Assembly (NCBI GenBank): GCA_038087875.1
Contig: CM075987.1
Location: 25,174,001 to 25,238,000 of the forward strand
Direction of reading: 5' to 3'
Source: Malacoraja senta
Taxonomy: Eukaryota
Length of the DNA: 64,000 nucleotides
A program made the position numbers and the translations under genes. The notes under the pieces were generated by a model that did not search any database, was not told the origin of the DNA, and saw only the letters and a list, made by a program, of their open reading frames with translations. Positions 23,160 through 35,306 of this stretch are shown here, one piece after another; the first letter of the stretch is position 1; each line of letters opens with the position of its first letter.

Positions 23160-23612
23160 ACCCCGACTACGGGTGCTGTCTGTACGGAGTTTGTTCTTTT
23201 TTTATTTCCTACTCTCTTTTTCTATTTTCTTTTCTTCAATTTCCTTCTTTCACTCTTTTTTTTTCTTTTTCACACACCATATACCTCACGTTTTTCTATC
23301 TTTTACTATCTACTTTCTTTTTCTTATTCTTCTTTATTATAATAAAAAGAAATAAGAAGATGTACATAAAATGTGTTATGTCAACATATATTAGGCACTT
23401 TGGTGCCAGATGATTGTACTTACTTCTAATAAAATAAAAATATTAAAAATTAAAAATAAAAGATGTACAGGTTTGCAGATTAATTGGCTTGATACAAATG
23501 TAAAATTGTCCCTGGTGTGTGTTTGGGGCAGTGTTAGCGTGCGGGGATCGCGGGTCGGCACGGAATCGTTGGGCCGAAGAGCCTGTTTCCACGCTGTATC
23601 TCTAAACTAAAC
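23160..23612 (+). mobile_element. V-SINE with its middle replaced by an L1-like 3' UTR/poly(A) fragment (~23195-23460)
   Basis: T-rich tract ending tacttctaataaaataaaaa, similar to the reverse of 33838-33890. Confidence 0.6.
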
Positions 23613-24192
23613 TATGATTTATGGGCAGATTTTCAAGGGCAATTAAGGGATGGCAATTATTACTGGCCTTGTTATCAATCTCCCACATCCTGTAAATTAA
23701 CAAATAAAAAAAACTAGATGCTAATGCCTTGTTCATCACCTGGGATATCGGCTCAAGGTGAGGGAAGGAACTGTACTACAGTTAATTTATCGCAGCGCGC
23801 CAGGAGAAATGGCAGAGGTTATGTTGGATGCCCAGGTGACTATTTTAAATAGCTCACTGAGCAAAAAGGTGGCGCTGATAAATGTAAGGTTAATAATACT
23901 GTCGAGAAACATGCTGAGTGCGGGTAACATGGAGGACATCTAGCACAAGGAATAACAGGGAAATTCTATATGAAGAATAGATTATCAGCCAGTGTATGAA
24001 AAATCTCCGAAAATATTCAAAAACATACAAATCGTAGAAAGATATGTTCATGAATTCTTGTAATAAGAGCAGAATTAGTTCATTCGGCCCATCAAGTCTA
24101 CTCCGCCATTCTATGATGGTTGATCTATCTCTCCCTCTTAACCCCATTCTCCTGCCTTCTCCCCATAACCCCTGACACCTTACTAATCTGTC

Positions 24193-24392
24193 NNNNNNNN
24201 NNNNNNNNNNNNNNNNNNNNNNNNNNNNNNNNNNNNNNNNNNNNNNNNNNNNNNNNNNNNNNNNNNNNNNNNNNNNNNNNNNNNNNNNNNNNNNNNNNNN
24301 NNNNNNNNNNNNNNNNNNNNNNNNNNNNNNNNNNNNNNNNNNNNNNNNNNNNNNNNNNNNNNNNNNNNNNNNNNNNNNNNNNNNNNNNNNNN
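24193..24392. other. Assembly gap (200 N)
   Basis: N run. Confidence 1.
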
Positions 24393-24614
24393 GCAGCAGA
24401 AACGTGGTCTGTCACAACCTGTGGCTACGTAGCTCTACATACTCCCCCCCTCAACCTCCACAATCAAGCTGTCGATTAACCTGCTTCCTTGAAGAACTTG
24501 GATCATCAGGATGTTAGCAACACCAGACAGACCATGAACTGCGGAGGCAGTAGCCTTGAGAAACACTGCAGGCCGTGTGCTAAACAGCATGCAATAGACA
24601 GAGCTGGCTAGCAA

Positions 24615-24699
24615 GTGTTTCGGCCCGAAACGTTACCTATTTCCTTCGCTCCATAGATGCTGCTGCACCCGCTGAGTTTCTCCAGCATTTTTGTGTACC
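24615..24699 (+). mobile_element. Short PLE pLTR insert, subfamily B
   Basis: TSD ctggctagcaa at 24604-24614 and 24700-24710. Confidence 0.8.
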
Positions 24700-24889
24700 C
24701 TGGCTAGCAACTAATGGGTCAGATCGAGATTCAGAATTCTGCCATGTTTCGGTCTTTACTGAATGTGTAGGAAGGAACTGCAGATGCTGGCTTACACCGA
24801 TTGCTGGAGTAACTCAGTGGGTCAGGCAGCATCTCTGGAGAGAAGGAATGGGTGACGTTTCAGGTCGAGTCCCTTCTTCAGACAACTAA

Positions 24890-25116
24890 AGGGCCTGTCT
24901 CACTTTCACGACCTCTGCCGAGTTTGCCCTTGACTCGTACTCGCAGCATGGTCGTCACGAGGTCGTAGGAGGTCGTAGGTAGGTCGTAGGTAGGTCGTGA
25001 TGCTAGTCGTAGGTACTCGTGGCATCAAGTAGGTCGGGGGCGTTTTTCTAGCATGATGAAAAATGTCCACGAGTAAAAAAGGTCGTGAATTAGGTCGTGA
25101 AAGTGGGACAGGGCCT
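24890..25116. mobile_element. PIF/Harbinger-type MITE
   Basis: TIRs agggcctgtctcactttcacgacct / aggtcgtgaaagtgggacagggcct; flanks taa / tta; internal aggtcgtagg repeats. Confidence 0.85.
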
Positions 25117-25375
25117 TTAGGAAGGAGACGAGGAGGAATTTCTTTACTCAGAGGGTGATGAATCTTAATTCTTTGTCACAGAAGGCAGTGGAGGCCAAGT
25201 CAATGGATATATTTAAGGCAGAGATGGATAGATTCTTGATTAATACAGGTGTCGGGGTTATGGGGAGAAGGCAGGAGAATGGGGTTGGGAGGGAGAGATA
25301 GTTCGGCCATGATTGAATGGCGGAGTAGACTTGATGGGCCGAATGGTCTAATTCTGTTCCTATCACTTCTGACCC
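25117..25375 (+). mobile_element. CR1 LINE 3' end
   Basis: ttctttactcagagggtgatgaatc..gggccgaatggtctaattctg. Confidence 0.8.
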
Positions 25376-25801
25376 AAGTATCTTTTTTTAGCTGACTTCC
25401 TTAAATTACCATCGGAGAATGTCAACATGTTTACTGTGTGAGGTTCACCATGAAAAGCGCACGTTACAAAAATAGACCATGTCACTTCTCAGGATGTTGA
25501 GTGCAGACTGCATCCAGGAGTGTGGGAAATGAGAATTGAACAATCTGACAGTGTTGCAGCTGCCATGAAGTTAAGTGGATCATTTGACAGAAGTTGCTAT
25601 TCCTATTGACATACAATGGAGTATTGCCTTTTGTTAATGCACCAGATAAAAAGGTAGAATAGTACTTATTTTTCTCTGTTTCAGTTTGAATGTACACTTA
25701 CTGTAGTTTAGATTATTCTGTGCTTCTGAAGCCACTTAACCATTCCCAGAAGATGTTATCTATCACGTTGAAAATTCCATCTACAGAGATAAAGATTGAC
25801 A

Positions 25802-26287
25802 AGGTAGACAAAACTGCTGGAGAAACTTAGCGGGTGAGGCAGCATCTATGGAGCGAAGGAAAAAGGCAACGTTTTGGGTTGAGACCCATCTTCAGACCTG
25901 AAACATTGCCTTTTTCCTTCGCTCCATAGATGCTGCCTCACCCGCTGAGTTTCTCCAGCATTTTTGTCTACCTTCGATTTTCCAGCATCTGCAGTTCCTT
26001 CTTAAACAAAAGTGACAAGGTGATCGTTTCATTTGAAGATGGTTTGCATGTCTGGTCATTCTGTAATCATGTGTAGGAAGGAACTGCAGATGCTGGTTTA
26101 AACCCGAAGATAGACGCAAAATGCTGGAGTAAGTCAGCAGGACAGGCAGCATCTCTGGAGAGAAGGAATGGGTGACGTTTGGGGTCGAGACGCTTCTTCA
26201 GACTCAATTCGAAACGTCACCCATTCCTTCTCTCCAGAGATGCTGCCTTTCCCGCTGAGTTACTCCAGCATTTTGTGTCTATCTTCA
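25802..26287. mobile_element. Two palindromic PLE pLTR inserts (25802-26008 subfamily B; 26070-26287 subfamily A)
   Basis: Each is a head-to-head inverted pair; the first is flanked by tgacaaggt direct repeats. Confidence 0.8.
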
Positions 26288-26799
26288 TCCTGAGTATGGA
26301 GCTTAAATTGATCCGTGAAGATATTGTATCGCTTATATATCCTTGTTTTTGGAGCAAATTTGTTTACACGGCTCATAAGTGATAGCAGCAGAATGAGGCC
26401 ATTCGGCCCATCAAGTCTACTCCTCCATTCAATCATGGTTGATCTATCTCTCCCTCCTAACCCCATTCTCCTGACTTCTCCCCATTAGCTATCTGTCTAT
26501 CCTCATCCCACACTGCTTGTTAGCATATTTAATGTTCATAGTGCATCGTTATGCTGTTAATAAATGTGTGAAGAGATTTGTAACTGAACTACATAGAACC
26601 TCCCTCCCAACTGTTGTGGTTCCTGCAGCACGCTGCACATTCTTTTCCAATCAAAGTGCAAAACAAAATCTCTTGTCATTCCCAGAGCCTTTGGTTCACA
26701 ATGGAAATTAATCTGGAAAAGTAAAAAAAAACGTTAGGAACGATGCATTAGATAACTTGGTAAATTTGGAGGGGAATTCCTAATTACCACGAGATAAAA

Positions 26800-27105
26800 G
26801 CGGCACGGTGGCGCAGCGGGTAGAGCTGCTGCCTCACAGCGCCAGAGACCCTGGTTCGATCCTGACTACGGGTGCTGTCTGTACGGAGTTTGCACCTTCT
26901 CCCCGTGACCTGCGTGTGTTTTCTCCAGGTGCTCTGCTTTCCTCCCACACTCCAAAGTCGTACGGGCTTGTAGCATAATTGCCTTCAGTAAAAATTGTAA
27001 ATTGTCTCTAGTCTGTAGGATAGCGCGAGTGTACGGGGTGATCGCTGGTCGGCGTGGACTTGTTGGACCGACGGGCCCCGTTTCTTCCCTGTACGTGCAA
27101 ACTGA
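26800..27105 (+). mobile_element. V-SINE
   Basis: gcggcacggtggcgcagcgg head, V-domain, tail. Confidence 0.85.
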
Positions 27106-27687
27106 AGTTCTTGGTCTTGGTGGCCAGTCGTGCTCATCTCTTTTTTGGTCGATAACGTTTCTACGAGGGTGTCCAGTGAGATATTGTCTCACTGTGTGAA
27201 AGCTGCTCAAAACACCCTAGAGTGGCTGTTGTCTTGGCTAAACTCATTTCCAGCTGAATTAATATTGCCACAGCAGATTACCACTTAAATACATCAAGGG
27301 ATAGTTTTTAATGGGGACAAGAGGAAACAATCTTGTTCCATTATCCCGGAAGATTGCTCTGCTTCATGGGAGGTGTTTGTTTGTGATTATGAACATCATT
27401 TTAGTGGATGCACGAACCATAACCAAACCTGCACCAATTACAAGAGTATTTTGGACATACTGTTTGCAATTTCACCCACACTGGAAACCCTATTCATTTG
27501 TCCGAGTGGAGGTATAAAAGGCTGCATTTACTGACAATGATGTAGCTAGGCAGAGCAGAGAGGCGGAGTGATTAAGCTTGCGAACCATGCCGGTGACTGA
27601 ACAAATGTGTATACAGTAATGTAACTAATCTCCGCACCATGTTGGAGAAAGTACCTTGCTTTAGTTGGGAGAAGTTGTAACCACACA

Positions 27688-28000
27688 GGGCAGCACGGTG
27701 GCGCAGCGGTAGAGTTGCCGCCTTACAGCGCCAGAGATCAGGGTTCGATTCTGATTACGGGTGCTGTCTGTATGGAGTTTGTACGTTCTCCCCGTGACCC
27801 GCGGACGTTTTCTCCATAATCTTCCGTTTTTTCCCACACTCCAAGGACATACAGGTTTGTAGGTTAATTGGCTTGGTGTAACTGGAAAGTTGCCCCCAGT
27901 GTATGTAGGATAATGTTAATGTGCGGGGATCACTGGTTGGTGCGGACTCGGTGGGCCGAAGGGCCTGTTTCCGTGCTCTCTCTCTCTAAACGTAACTGAA
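27688..28000 (+). mobile_element. V-SINE
   Basis: Full-length copy. Confidence 0.85.
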
Positions 28001-28004
28001 CAAA

Positions 28005-28552
28005 CCTTCCGATAGCCCTTGCTTTCTCTCTCCATCCCCTTCCCAGTTCTCCCACTAGTCTTAAGCCCCTGTCCCACTTTCCCGAGTTACCACTTTCCCG
28101 AGTTACCAAGTTTTCCCCTTGATTCAAACTCGGAGAATTACGGTAATAGCCAGCCGTAGGTACTCGGGGCTATATTTTTTACTCGTGGACATGCTGAAAA
28201 ATCGTCCCGACTTACTTGATGCCCCGAGTACCTACGGCTGGCATTACGAGCCACTAGGAAAATATCTACCGACTCCTACGGGCTCGCTAAGGACATTCTC
28301 CGAGTTTGAATCAAGGGGAAAACTCGGGAGAATTCGTGAGTAACTCGGGAAAGTGGGACAGGGGCTTTACTGTCTCCGACTACATTCAACCTTTGTCCCG
28401 CCCCCTCCCCTGACATCAGTCTGAAGAAGGGTCTCGACCCGAAACGTCGCCCATTCCTTCTCTCCAGAGATGATGCCTCACCCGCTGAGTTACTCCAGCA
28501 TTTTGAGTCTACCTTCGATTTAAACCAGCATCTGCAGTTCTTTCTTTAAACA
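28005..28552 (+). mobile_element. PLE pLTR interrupted by a MITE; hammerhead core at 28421-28448
   Basis: Colinear with 18010-18250 once the MITE is removed. Confidence 0.8.
28064..28366. mobile_element. PIF/Harbinger-type MITE
   Basis: TIR agcccctgtcccactttcccgagttac; TTA TSD; empty site agtcttactgtc near 18064. Confidence 0.92.
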
Positions 28553-28821
28553 AACCTTGAACAGGCTTTGCCTTCTTGGCAATCTCTATTGTATAAATTG
28601 ACTTTTTGCTTTATGTGCAAGGCTTCAGCTACAGATGCTTGTGTCACCCGGCATTGTCAATACATTCTCTACAAAAGCAAATAGACACAGTTCGTGGCTT
28701 GTGGTAGAGTTTAATACACCCTGAGCTTTTCATAGTGCTGTTACTAAACTACATAGAGCAGCTACAGTATGTACAGGAACAAACCCTCTGGCCAACAATA
28801 TCCACACTGAACCTGATGACA

Positions 28822-29123
28822 AGTTTAGTTTAGAGATACAGCACGGAAACAGGCCCTTCGGCCCACCGAGTCCGCACCGACCAGCGCTCCCCGTACACTC
28901 TCATTATCCTACACAAATTAGGAACAATTTACAATCATACCACGCCAATCAAACTACAAACCTGTACGTCTTTGGAGTGCAGGAGGAAACCAGAGGTCCC
29001 GGAGAAAACCCATGTAGGTGACTGTGAGAACGTACAAACTCCGTACAGAGAGCAGCCGTAGTCAGAATCGAACCCGGGTCTCTGGCACTGCGAGGCAGCA
29101 GCTCTACCGCTGCGCCACCGTGC
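28822..29123 (-). mobile_element. V-SINE
   Basis: Full-length reverse copy. Confidence 0.85.
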
Positions 29124-29204
29124 AACATCTAAATTTTTTTTTTAAACCTCTTGGTTGGTTGCTTTTCTTGCTATCAGTTATTAAAGAAGCTGAGAGATGA
29201 CTTA

Positions 29205-29568
29205 ATCACAAATTGGAGGAACAGTGTCTCATATTTTGCTTGGGCAGCTTACAACTCGGTGGTTTGAATATTGATTTCTCTAACTTCAAATAACCCTTGC
29301 ACTCCCTCTCTCTCCATCCCTCCCCCACCCAAGTCGCACCAGCTTCTCGTTCTCACCTAGCAAACAGCTGACAACGGCCTGTTTCCTTTATCATCGTTGC
29401 TTCTTTGCATATCTTTCATTCATTTGTTCCCTATCTCCCCTCATCACCGCCTGTACCTCTCGTTTCCTTCTCCCCTGACTAGTCTCCACCGGAGCTGTCA
29501 CCCATTCCTTCTCTCCACAGATGCTGCCTGTCCCGCTGAGTTACTCCAGCATTTTGTGTCGATCTTCA
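29205..29568 (+). mobile_element. PLE 3' end: GIY-YIG endonuclease C-terminal remnant + pLTR
   Basis: Translates HKLEEQCLIFCLGSLQLGGLNIDFSNFK*, matching the PLE endonuclease end motif (E..I..LG.L.P.GLN). Confidence 0.8.
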
Positions 29569-29934
29569 GCTGAATTTAAAATGTCAATTACTTTAGTGGG
29601 AGAGAACTAGATCGTTTGTGTGAGCATCCAGTATTTTAACCATTACACTTCTGCACCTGTTGCAAGCTACTGAGTTGGGTGAGAAAAATCCCTGCTTTTA
29701 TCATTCAAGTATATGGAACAAAAACATTGCGTGGCATTTGAACAGTGGAAATAATGCAACCTCAAGAGCCCGATAGATCCAAATTATTGCCTTGAAACCC
29801 AACTCTCAGTGGAGCAGTTAAGCACAGATAACAAGCTTGTATGCAAACCATACAGCATTGACACATAAAAAGAGTCTGAAACTATATAGACACAAAAGAA
29901 AGAGAACTTATCCTGGATAAGAGAGGATGAAGAG

Positions 29935-30370
29935 AATCTTATCCTGTACTCGCTGGAGTTTAGAAGAATGAGGGGGGATCCCATTGAAACATACAGAATA
30001 ATAAAAGGCTTGGATAGAGTGGATGTGGAGAGGATGTTTCCACTGGTGGGAGAGTCTAGTACTAGAGGTCATAGCCTCAGAATTAAAGGACTTTCCTTCA
30101 AGAAGGAGATGAGGAGGAATTTATATAGTCAGATGGTGGAGCATCTGTGGAATTCTTTGCCACAGAAGGCTGTGGAGGACAAGGCAGTGGATATTTTTGA
30201 AGCAGAGAGATAGATTTTTGATCAGTACGGGTGTCAGAAGTTATGGGGAGAAGGCAGGAGAGTGGGGTTGGGACGGAGAGATAGACCAGCCATGATTGAA
30301 TGGTGGAGTCAACTCAATGGGCTGAATGGCCTAATTCTAGCTCCTATGTCTTATGGTCTTGCGGTCTTCT
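29935..30370 (+). mobile_element. CR1 LINE 3' end
   Basis: MRGDPIETYRIIKGLDRVDVERMFPLVGES..LWNSLPQKAVE. Confidence 0.9.
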
Positions 30371-30984
30371 ACAAAGCATTCGGAAATGTGTCACCTCAAT
30401 GCAGAGCTCCCTTCATTTGGCCCGAATCCCCTTCTATTTAGCTGGCTCCCAGCTTTGTTCTAAATAAACAATCCTGGCTTCCCTCCACGTCACGAGGAGC
30501 AATGCCCCAGCACAGAAAACACTTAAGATGGCAGGTGCACTGAAATATAAAAGGGATTAAGTAGGCTTTGGCCATGTAAACAGTATATCTGTGGGTGCGC
30601 ACTTCTTGCAGGGAGCCAGGTTCAAGCCAGGATTCAGTGTTTTTCATTCCACAAATCTTGAGATGTTTGATCTTCCAAGCCGTGTGACATTCTCAGGAAG
30701 ACACTTGGAGCATTTGTGTTCTTGTTGTTTTCGTGACGCTTTGCAAGCATGGAGCTTGAACACGGAAATATATGCCTGTAGACTGAACAGCTTTCAGTGC
30801 ACGGGTAGACACAAAGTGCTGGAGTAACTCAACGGATCAGGCAGCAAGTCCGGAGATAAAGGATGGGCGATGTTTTGGGTCGGGACCCTTCTTCAAACTA
30901 ATGTCTGAAGGTCCCGAGCCCAAACATCACCCATCCTTTCTCTCCAGAGACGCCGAGTTATTGCAGCACTTTGGGTCAACCTAA

Positions 30985-31227
30985 TGGGCCTTTTTCGGCG
31001 ACTGCCGGCACCCGTCATAGGTCGCCGAAAATTTTCAACATGTTGTACGACTCTTTGGGCGACTGAGGAGACGTCTCATGACCATACAGGCGACACCCTG
31101 GCGACATGTCGTGGGGTGAAGCCTGTACGGTCGTGAGTAGTCGCCCAAAGAGTCGTACCTTGTTCTGCTGCGACTATGACGGGTGCCGGCAAGTCGCCGA
31201 GAAAAATGCGTAAGTGGGACAGGTCCG
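30985..31227. mobile_element. PIF/Harbinger-type MITE, left TIR partly deleted
   Basis: taa-tgggcc..tcggcgactgccggcacccgtcatag / ctatgacgggtgccggca..gtgggacaggtccg-tta. Confidence 0.75.
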
Positions 31228-31544
31228 TTAGGTTCAACAACCTCCTTCAATTTATTGAAGAGAGGATTGATTATAATGTCTATCTTTGGTATATACCAGC
31301 ATCAGCAGTTCTTTGTTCCTACTACAGAGCATGGGGTGGTGGGTTTCGAAGGAAGGTGTGGGAGGTGTAAGTCTGTCGGCACCATTTTAGGCTGCTGTGT
31401 AACACTACATCATGATGGTGCTGTTTGAGGAGGGGGCGGGTGGGAAACGACACTGTCAGACTTCCTTTACAACACTGTGCTATTTCAGAACTAAGCGTTA
31501 CCTGAAAAGCTACGTACCCATTTCTCTCAGCCTCCGGGACTTGG

Positions 31545-31750
31545 TCACAAGAATGATCCCGGGAATGTGTAGGTTAACCTATGATGAGCGTTTGTCGGCA
31601 CTGGGCCTGTACTCGCTGGAGATTAGAAGAATGGGGGAGAGGGGGGGGGGGGCCTCATTGAAACGTACAGAATAGTGAAAGGCTTGGATGGAGTGGATGT
31701 GGAGAGGATGATTCCACCAGTGAGAGTGTCTAGGACTAGAGGTCACAGCT
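31545..31750 (+). mobile_element. CR1 ORF2 fragment
   Basis: TRMIPGMCRLTYDERLSALGLYSLE. Confidence 0.8.
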
Positions 31751-31880
31751 AGTACGAGCACATGAATGGCTCCTTGAGCCCACAATGTTTGTGCCGAACA
31801 TAACGCCAAGGTAAACTGAACTCATCTGCCTGTACGTGATCCATATCGCTTCCTTCCCTGCATTCCATGTGCCTATCCAA

Positions 31881-32726
31881 GATGGCGGATGTGCAGGAGT
31901 GGGCGCCGGTTGTGTGGGCTGCCTGCCTGCAGTCCGTCCTCTAACCCTTTTTTTTTTGTCTATCATTTTTATTTGGAGGTCTATTCTTTCTCTTGTGGGG
32001 GGTGGGGGGGGGGGTGGGTGGGGGAACTGTTTCAACCCCAGTCCTACCTGGTCGGAGATGCGGTTTTCCTCCAAATCGCATCTTCGCTCTCCCCGGGCTG
32101 GAGCGGCGTTTCCTGCCGGGACCACAGCTTCGGCGGCACAGCGCTGGGACACCAACACGGAGCGGGCGATGCCTTGCCGGGTCGCCGCTCCGGAGTGCTG
32201 TGACCGCCGACCACTAACGTCTGCGGTCTGCGGTCTGCGGTCTGAGGGCGTCCCGCCGCGGGCGGGAGGCGCTGGGTCGAGAACACCGCGGAGTCGGAGT
32301 CGAAGCTCCAACCGGCGCGGCCTGAAGACTACGGGCGTCGCAGTCTCCGGGGAGGGAGCGGCCCCTCCAGACATTCCCAAGGCCGCTGAGGACTTTTCCA
32401 CCCGATGCCGGTGTTCCAGCTTCCCGGCGGGTGGGCCTACAACATCGGGCTGCCGTTGCGGCGACTGGCTGCGGAGCCCTCAAACTGGCCCCGATCTCGG
32501 GTGGACTAGGAGGAGGACTGGACATTTTGGTGCCTTTCCCTCGCAGTGGAGAGCGTCGACTCTGCTGTGGGGGGGATGTTCGTGTTGAGTCTCTGATAGT
32601 GTGTCATGTCTTTTTTATTCTACCTTTTTATTTTTTATTTGTGTGGATAATTCTTTGTAAAGCACTTTGGATTCAGTGATCTGATTGAAAAGCGCTATAT
32701 AAATAAACTTACTTTACTTTACTTTA
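31881..32726 (+). mobile_element. GC-rich non-autonomous retroelement with (CAA)GATGGCG head and L2-type tail
   Basis: TSD ctatccaa (31873-31880, 32727-32734); tail tgtaaagcactttgg..gaaaagcgctatataaataaa(CTTTA)n. Confidence 0.75.
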
Positions 32727-32759
32727 CTATCCAAAAGCCCCTTAAACACTGCTATCATA

Positions 32760-32912
32760 ATTTAGTTTATTGCCACATGTACCGAGGTACAGTGAAAAGC
32801 TTTTGTTGCGTGCTATCCAATCAGCGGAAAGACAACGCACGATTAAAATTGAGCCGTCCACAGTGTACAGATACATGATAAGGGAATAATGTTTAGTGCA
32901 AGGTAAAAGCCA
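32760..32912 (-). mobile_element. Rex1-like 3' UTR
   Basis: Reverse complement of 2460-2620. Confidence 0.65.
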
Positions 32913-32934
32913 GCAGCGTCCGAGGTCACGGAGA

Positions 32935-33140
32935 GAACATACGGATGAGATGTCCAGCGGCCCCCCTGAATCGGGCAATCCAATGTGCCACCAGGGCGTG
33001 AGCGCACGACAGGGCAGAAGTGTCCATGAGTGCGATGGCCTCTGGCCACCGCGTGAAACGGTCCACCACCGTCAGCGGGTGCGAGATACCCCAGGACGGA
33101 GGCAGCGGTCCCACGATGTCCACGTGTACATGGTCGAATT
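32935..33140 (-). mobile_element. Ty3/Gypsy integrase core fragment
   Basis: FDHVHVDIVGPLPPS..LTVVDRFTRWPEAI..CAHALVAHWIARF, then a frameshift to GPLDISS. Confidence 0.9.
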
Positions 33141-33230
33141 TTATGTCGAAGGGGGGTCCAGTCGCCAGTTTTTCGACGACCTGCTACGACTATGACAGTC
33201 ACCGCCAGTCGCCTAAGTGGGACAGGCCCA
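33141..33230. mobile_element. Right half of a Harbinger-type MITE
   Basis: ..gcctaagtgggacaggccca-taa. Confidence 0.7.
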
Positions 33231-33837
33231 TAAAGTACATTTGCACACTTTTGAGATCAAGGATTCAAACATATATACTTTAGAAGCAAGATGAAGCCAT
33301 TCAGCCTCGTGATTGCTTTGCCAATTGATTAGATCAAAACAATGTCTCCATTTTGTTTTCCCTTACTCCAGTTGCCATCCTGCCTCTTACATAATGTAGG
33401 GCGGGAGGATACAAACTGATTCAGTCTGGAAGCTATAAATCTGCCAGAACCTTTGTACGTGAAGTATTTAAGGCTCTAGGAAGGAACTGAAGATGCTGGT
33501 GTAAACCGAAGATAGACACAAAAAGCTGGAGTAACTCAGCGGGACAGACAGCATCTCTGGAGCTCCTGTGGTTCTGACTGACCCAATGAGTTACTTCCAG
33601 TTTTTTTTCGCTTTCTTAAATATTTAAGGCGGTTGTTCACGAGCGAGTTGGCAGTTTGACAAGAATCCAGGGGGAAATAGAAGGGAAAATCTCCATCTAT
33701 ATTTTGTATCATTTTATCAGCTCACTTGCAGACTTTTCTCACTGGTCAGCGCCGACTCGGTGGGCCGAACGGATTGTTTCCCCATTGTATCTCTGAACGC
33801 AACTAAAACAAAAACTGAAGGTAGACACAAAATGTTT

Positions 33838-34500
33838 TTTTAATATATATTTTTTTATTTTTTTATTTATTAGAAGTACATTACATTACAACCACATACA
33901 TTAGTACTCGTCACTTATATCTTTTTACAATTAATGTACTCCATTTGTTTTTTACACTAGTAAAAGGAAAGGATAAGATTGAAAGAAAGAAGAAAGTGAA
34001 GGAAAAAGTGAGAGTGTAGAAATTGTGACAACAAAAAAGGACGAAGACCCTATAAGAACAAAATTAAAAACAAAAGAAAAAGAGTTAAGAAATAGACCCT
34101 AGAAAAGAAAGAGAAAGAGAAAGAGGAAAAAAAGAGAAACAAATATTTTTTATGAGCATTACGCAAATGGGACATACCAACTCTTCAACTATCATCCCCC
34201 ATTACCTGACCTCAATTTTTTTAAGGTACCTTTGCACCCTATATTTGTAATAATTCTATAAATGCAGACCACGTCAGGTGGAAGTGATCTGGTTTACCTG
34301 CCAGGAGGAGTCTTATCTCTTCTAGGTGTAATGTTTCGAACATATTTGAAATCCACATGTTTATAGTTGGTATTGGAGCCTTCTTCCAAAATTTTAGGAT
34401 TAGCTTTTTTCCAGTTATTAACCCATAGTATTAGTTTCTTTTGAAACACATTTAGTTCTGGACCATCTTCAGTTATTCCAAAGATAATCCATTCTGCTTT
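33838..34500 (-). mobile_element. L1-clade LINE 3' end (ORF2 C-terminus, 3' UTR, poly(A))
   Basis: Reverse strand reads KKLILKFWKKAPIPTINMWISNMFETLHLEEIRLLLAGKPDHFHLTWSAFIELLQI*; TSD gacacaaaatgttt at 33824-33837 and 34501-34514. Confidence 0.85.
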
Positions 34501-34509
34501 GACACAAAA

Positions 34510-34656
34510 TGTTTAATGTTTTATGTGTCATTCCTAACTGTCACTGTATGTCATGTTGTCACTTGCGGGCAGAGCACCAAGGCAAATTCCTTGTATGTGA
34601 ATACTTGGCCAATAAACTTATTCATTCATTCATTCATTCATTCATTCATTCATTCA
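34510..34656 (+). mobile_element. Rex1 3' UTR fragment with (TTCA)n tail, inside a PLE pLTR
   Basis: Near-identical to 39220-39340. Confidence 0.75.
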
Positions 34657-35306
34657 AAAAGCTGGGGCAACTCAGCGGGGTCACACAGCACCTCTGGAGA
34701 AAAAGGAATAGGTGACCTTTCGGGTCGTTCAGACTGAGAGTCAGGGGAAAGGGAGACGAGAGATGTCGACAGTGATGTAGAGGGGGTGCAGCGAGAGAGG
34801 GTGTTGCAGAACTCTCGTCGAAGAGAGGAGGAGAACTTCTTTAAAGTAGGCATGCCTTGAGGAGATTTCACAGTGGAGCGGACAACGTGTGTATGAAGTA
34901 ACCTACAGGTTTATCCTACCAGAGTAAATGGTGACCGGTATCTTTACATCACATTCTACTTAGGTGAGATATTGCATCACACATGGTCTTCAGTCACTAA
35001 GTAAAGGCTGCAGCTCACCAACATTTTGAATATTTTGACCTGGACCCAAAATATAAATGGTGATTGCAGATAGAAACGGCAAGTCGGAGAGCGTAAAGTT
35101 TAAATAATTTACTTGCTACTCTGTGCAATAGTAAAATGGCAGAGGTTTAAGTAAAGCCAAGCTGTTCTCTTCTCTCCTGGGCTTTTGGCTTCCAACCTAT
35201 AAGTCCAGATAATTGATTTTTCAAGAACTGGGAAGAGCGTTGAGATTTTCCCCCCAACAAAGGATTTCATGCTGATTTTCCCAGGGTAAACTTGTCTTAC
35301 CTCGTA

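Noticed and set aside
24950..25100. Short aggtcgtagg repeats resembling a CRISPR-like array
   Set aside because: Tandem sub-terminal repeats within a MITE; no unique spacers, no cas genes, eukaryotic context.
31736..32588. 221-aa and 250-aa ORFs
   Set aside because: GC-rich interior of a TSD-flanked non-coding element; no domain motifs.
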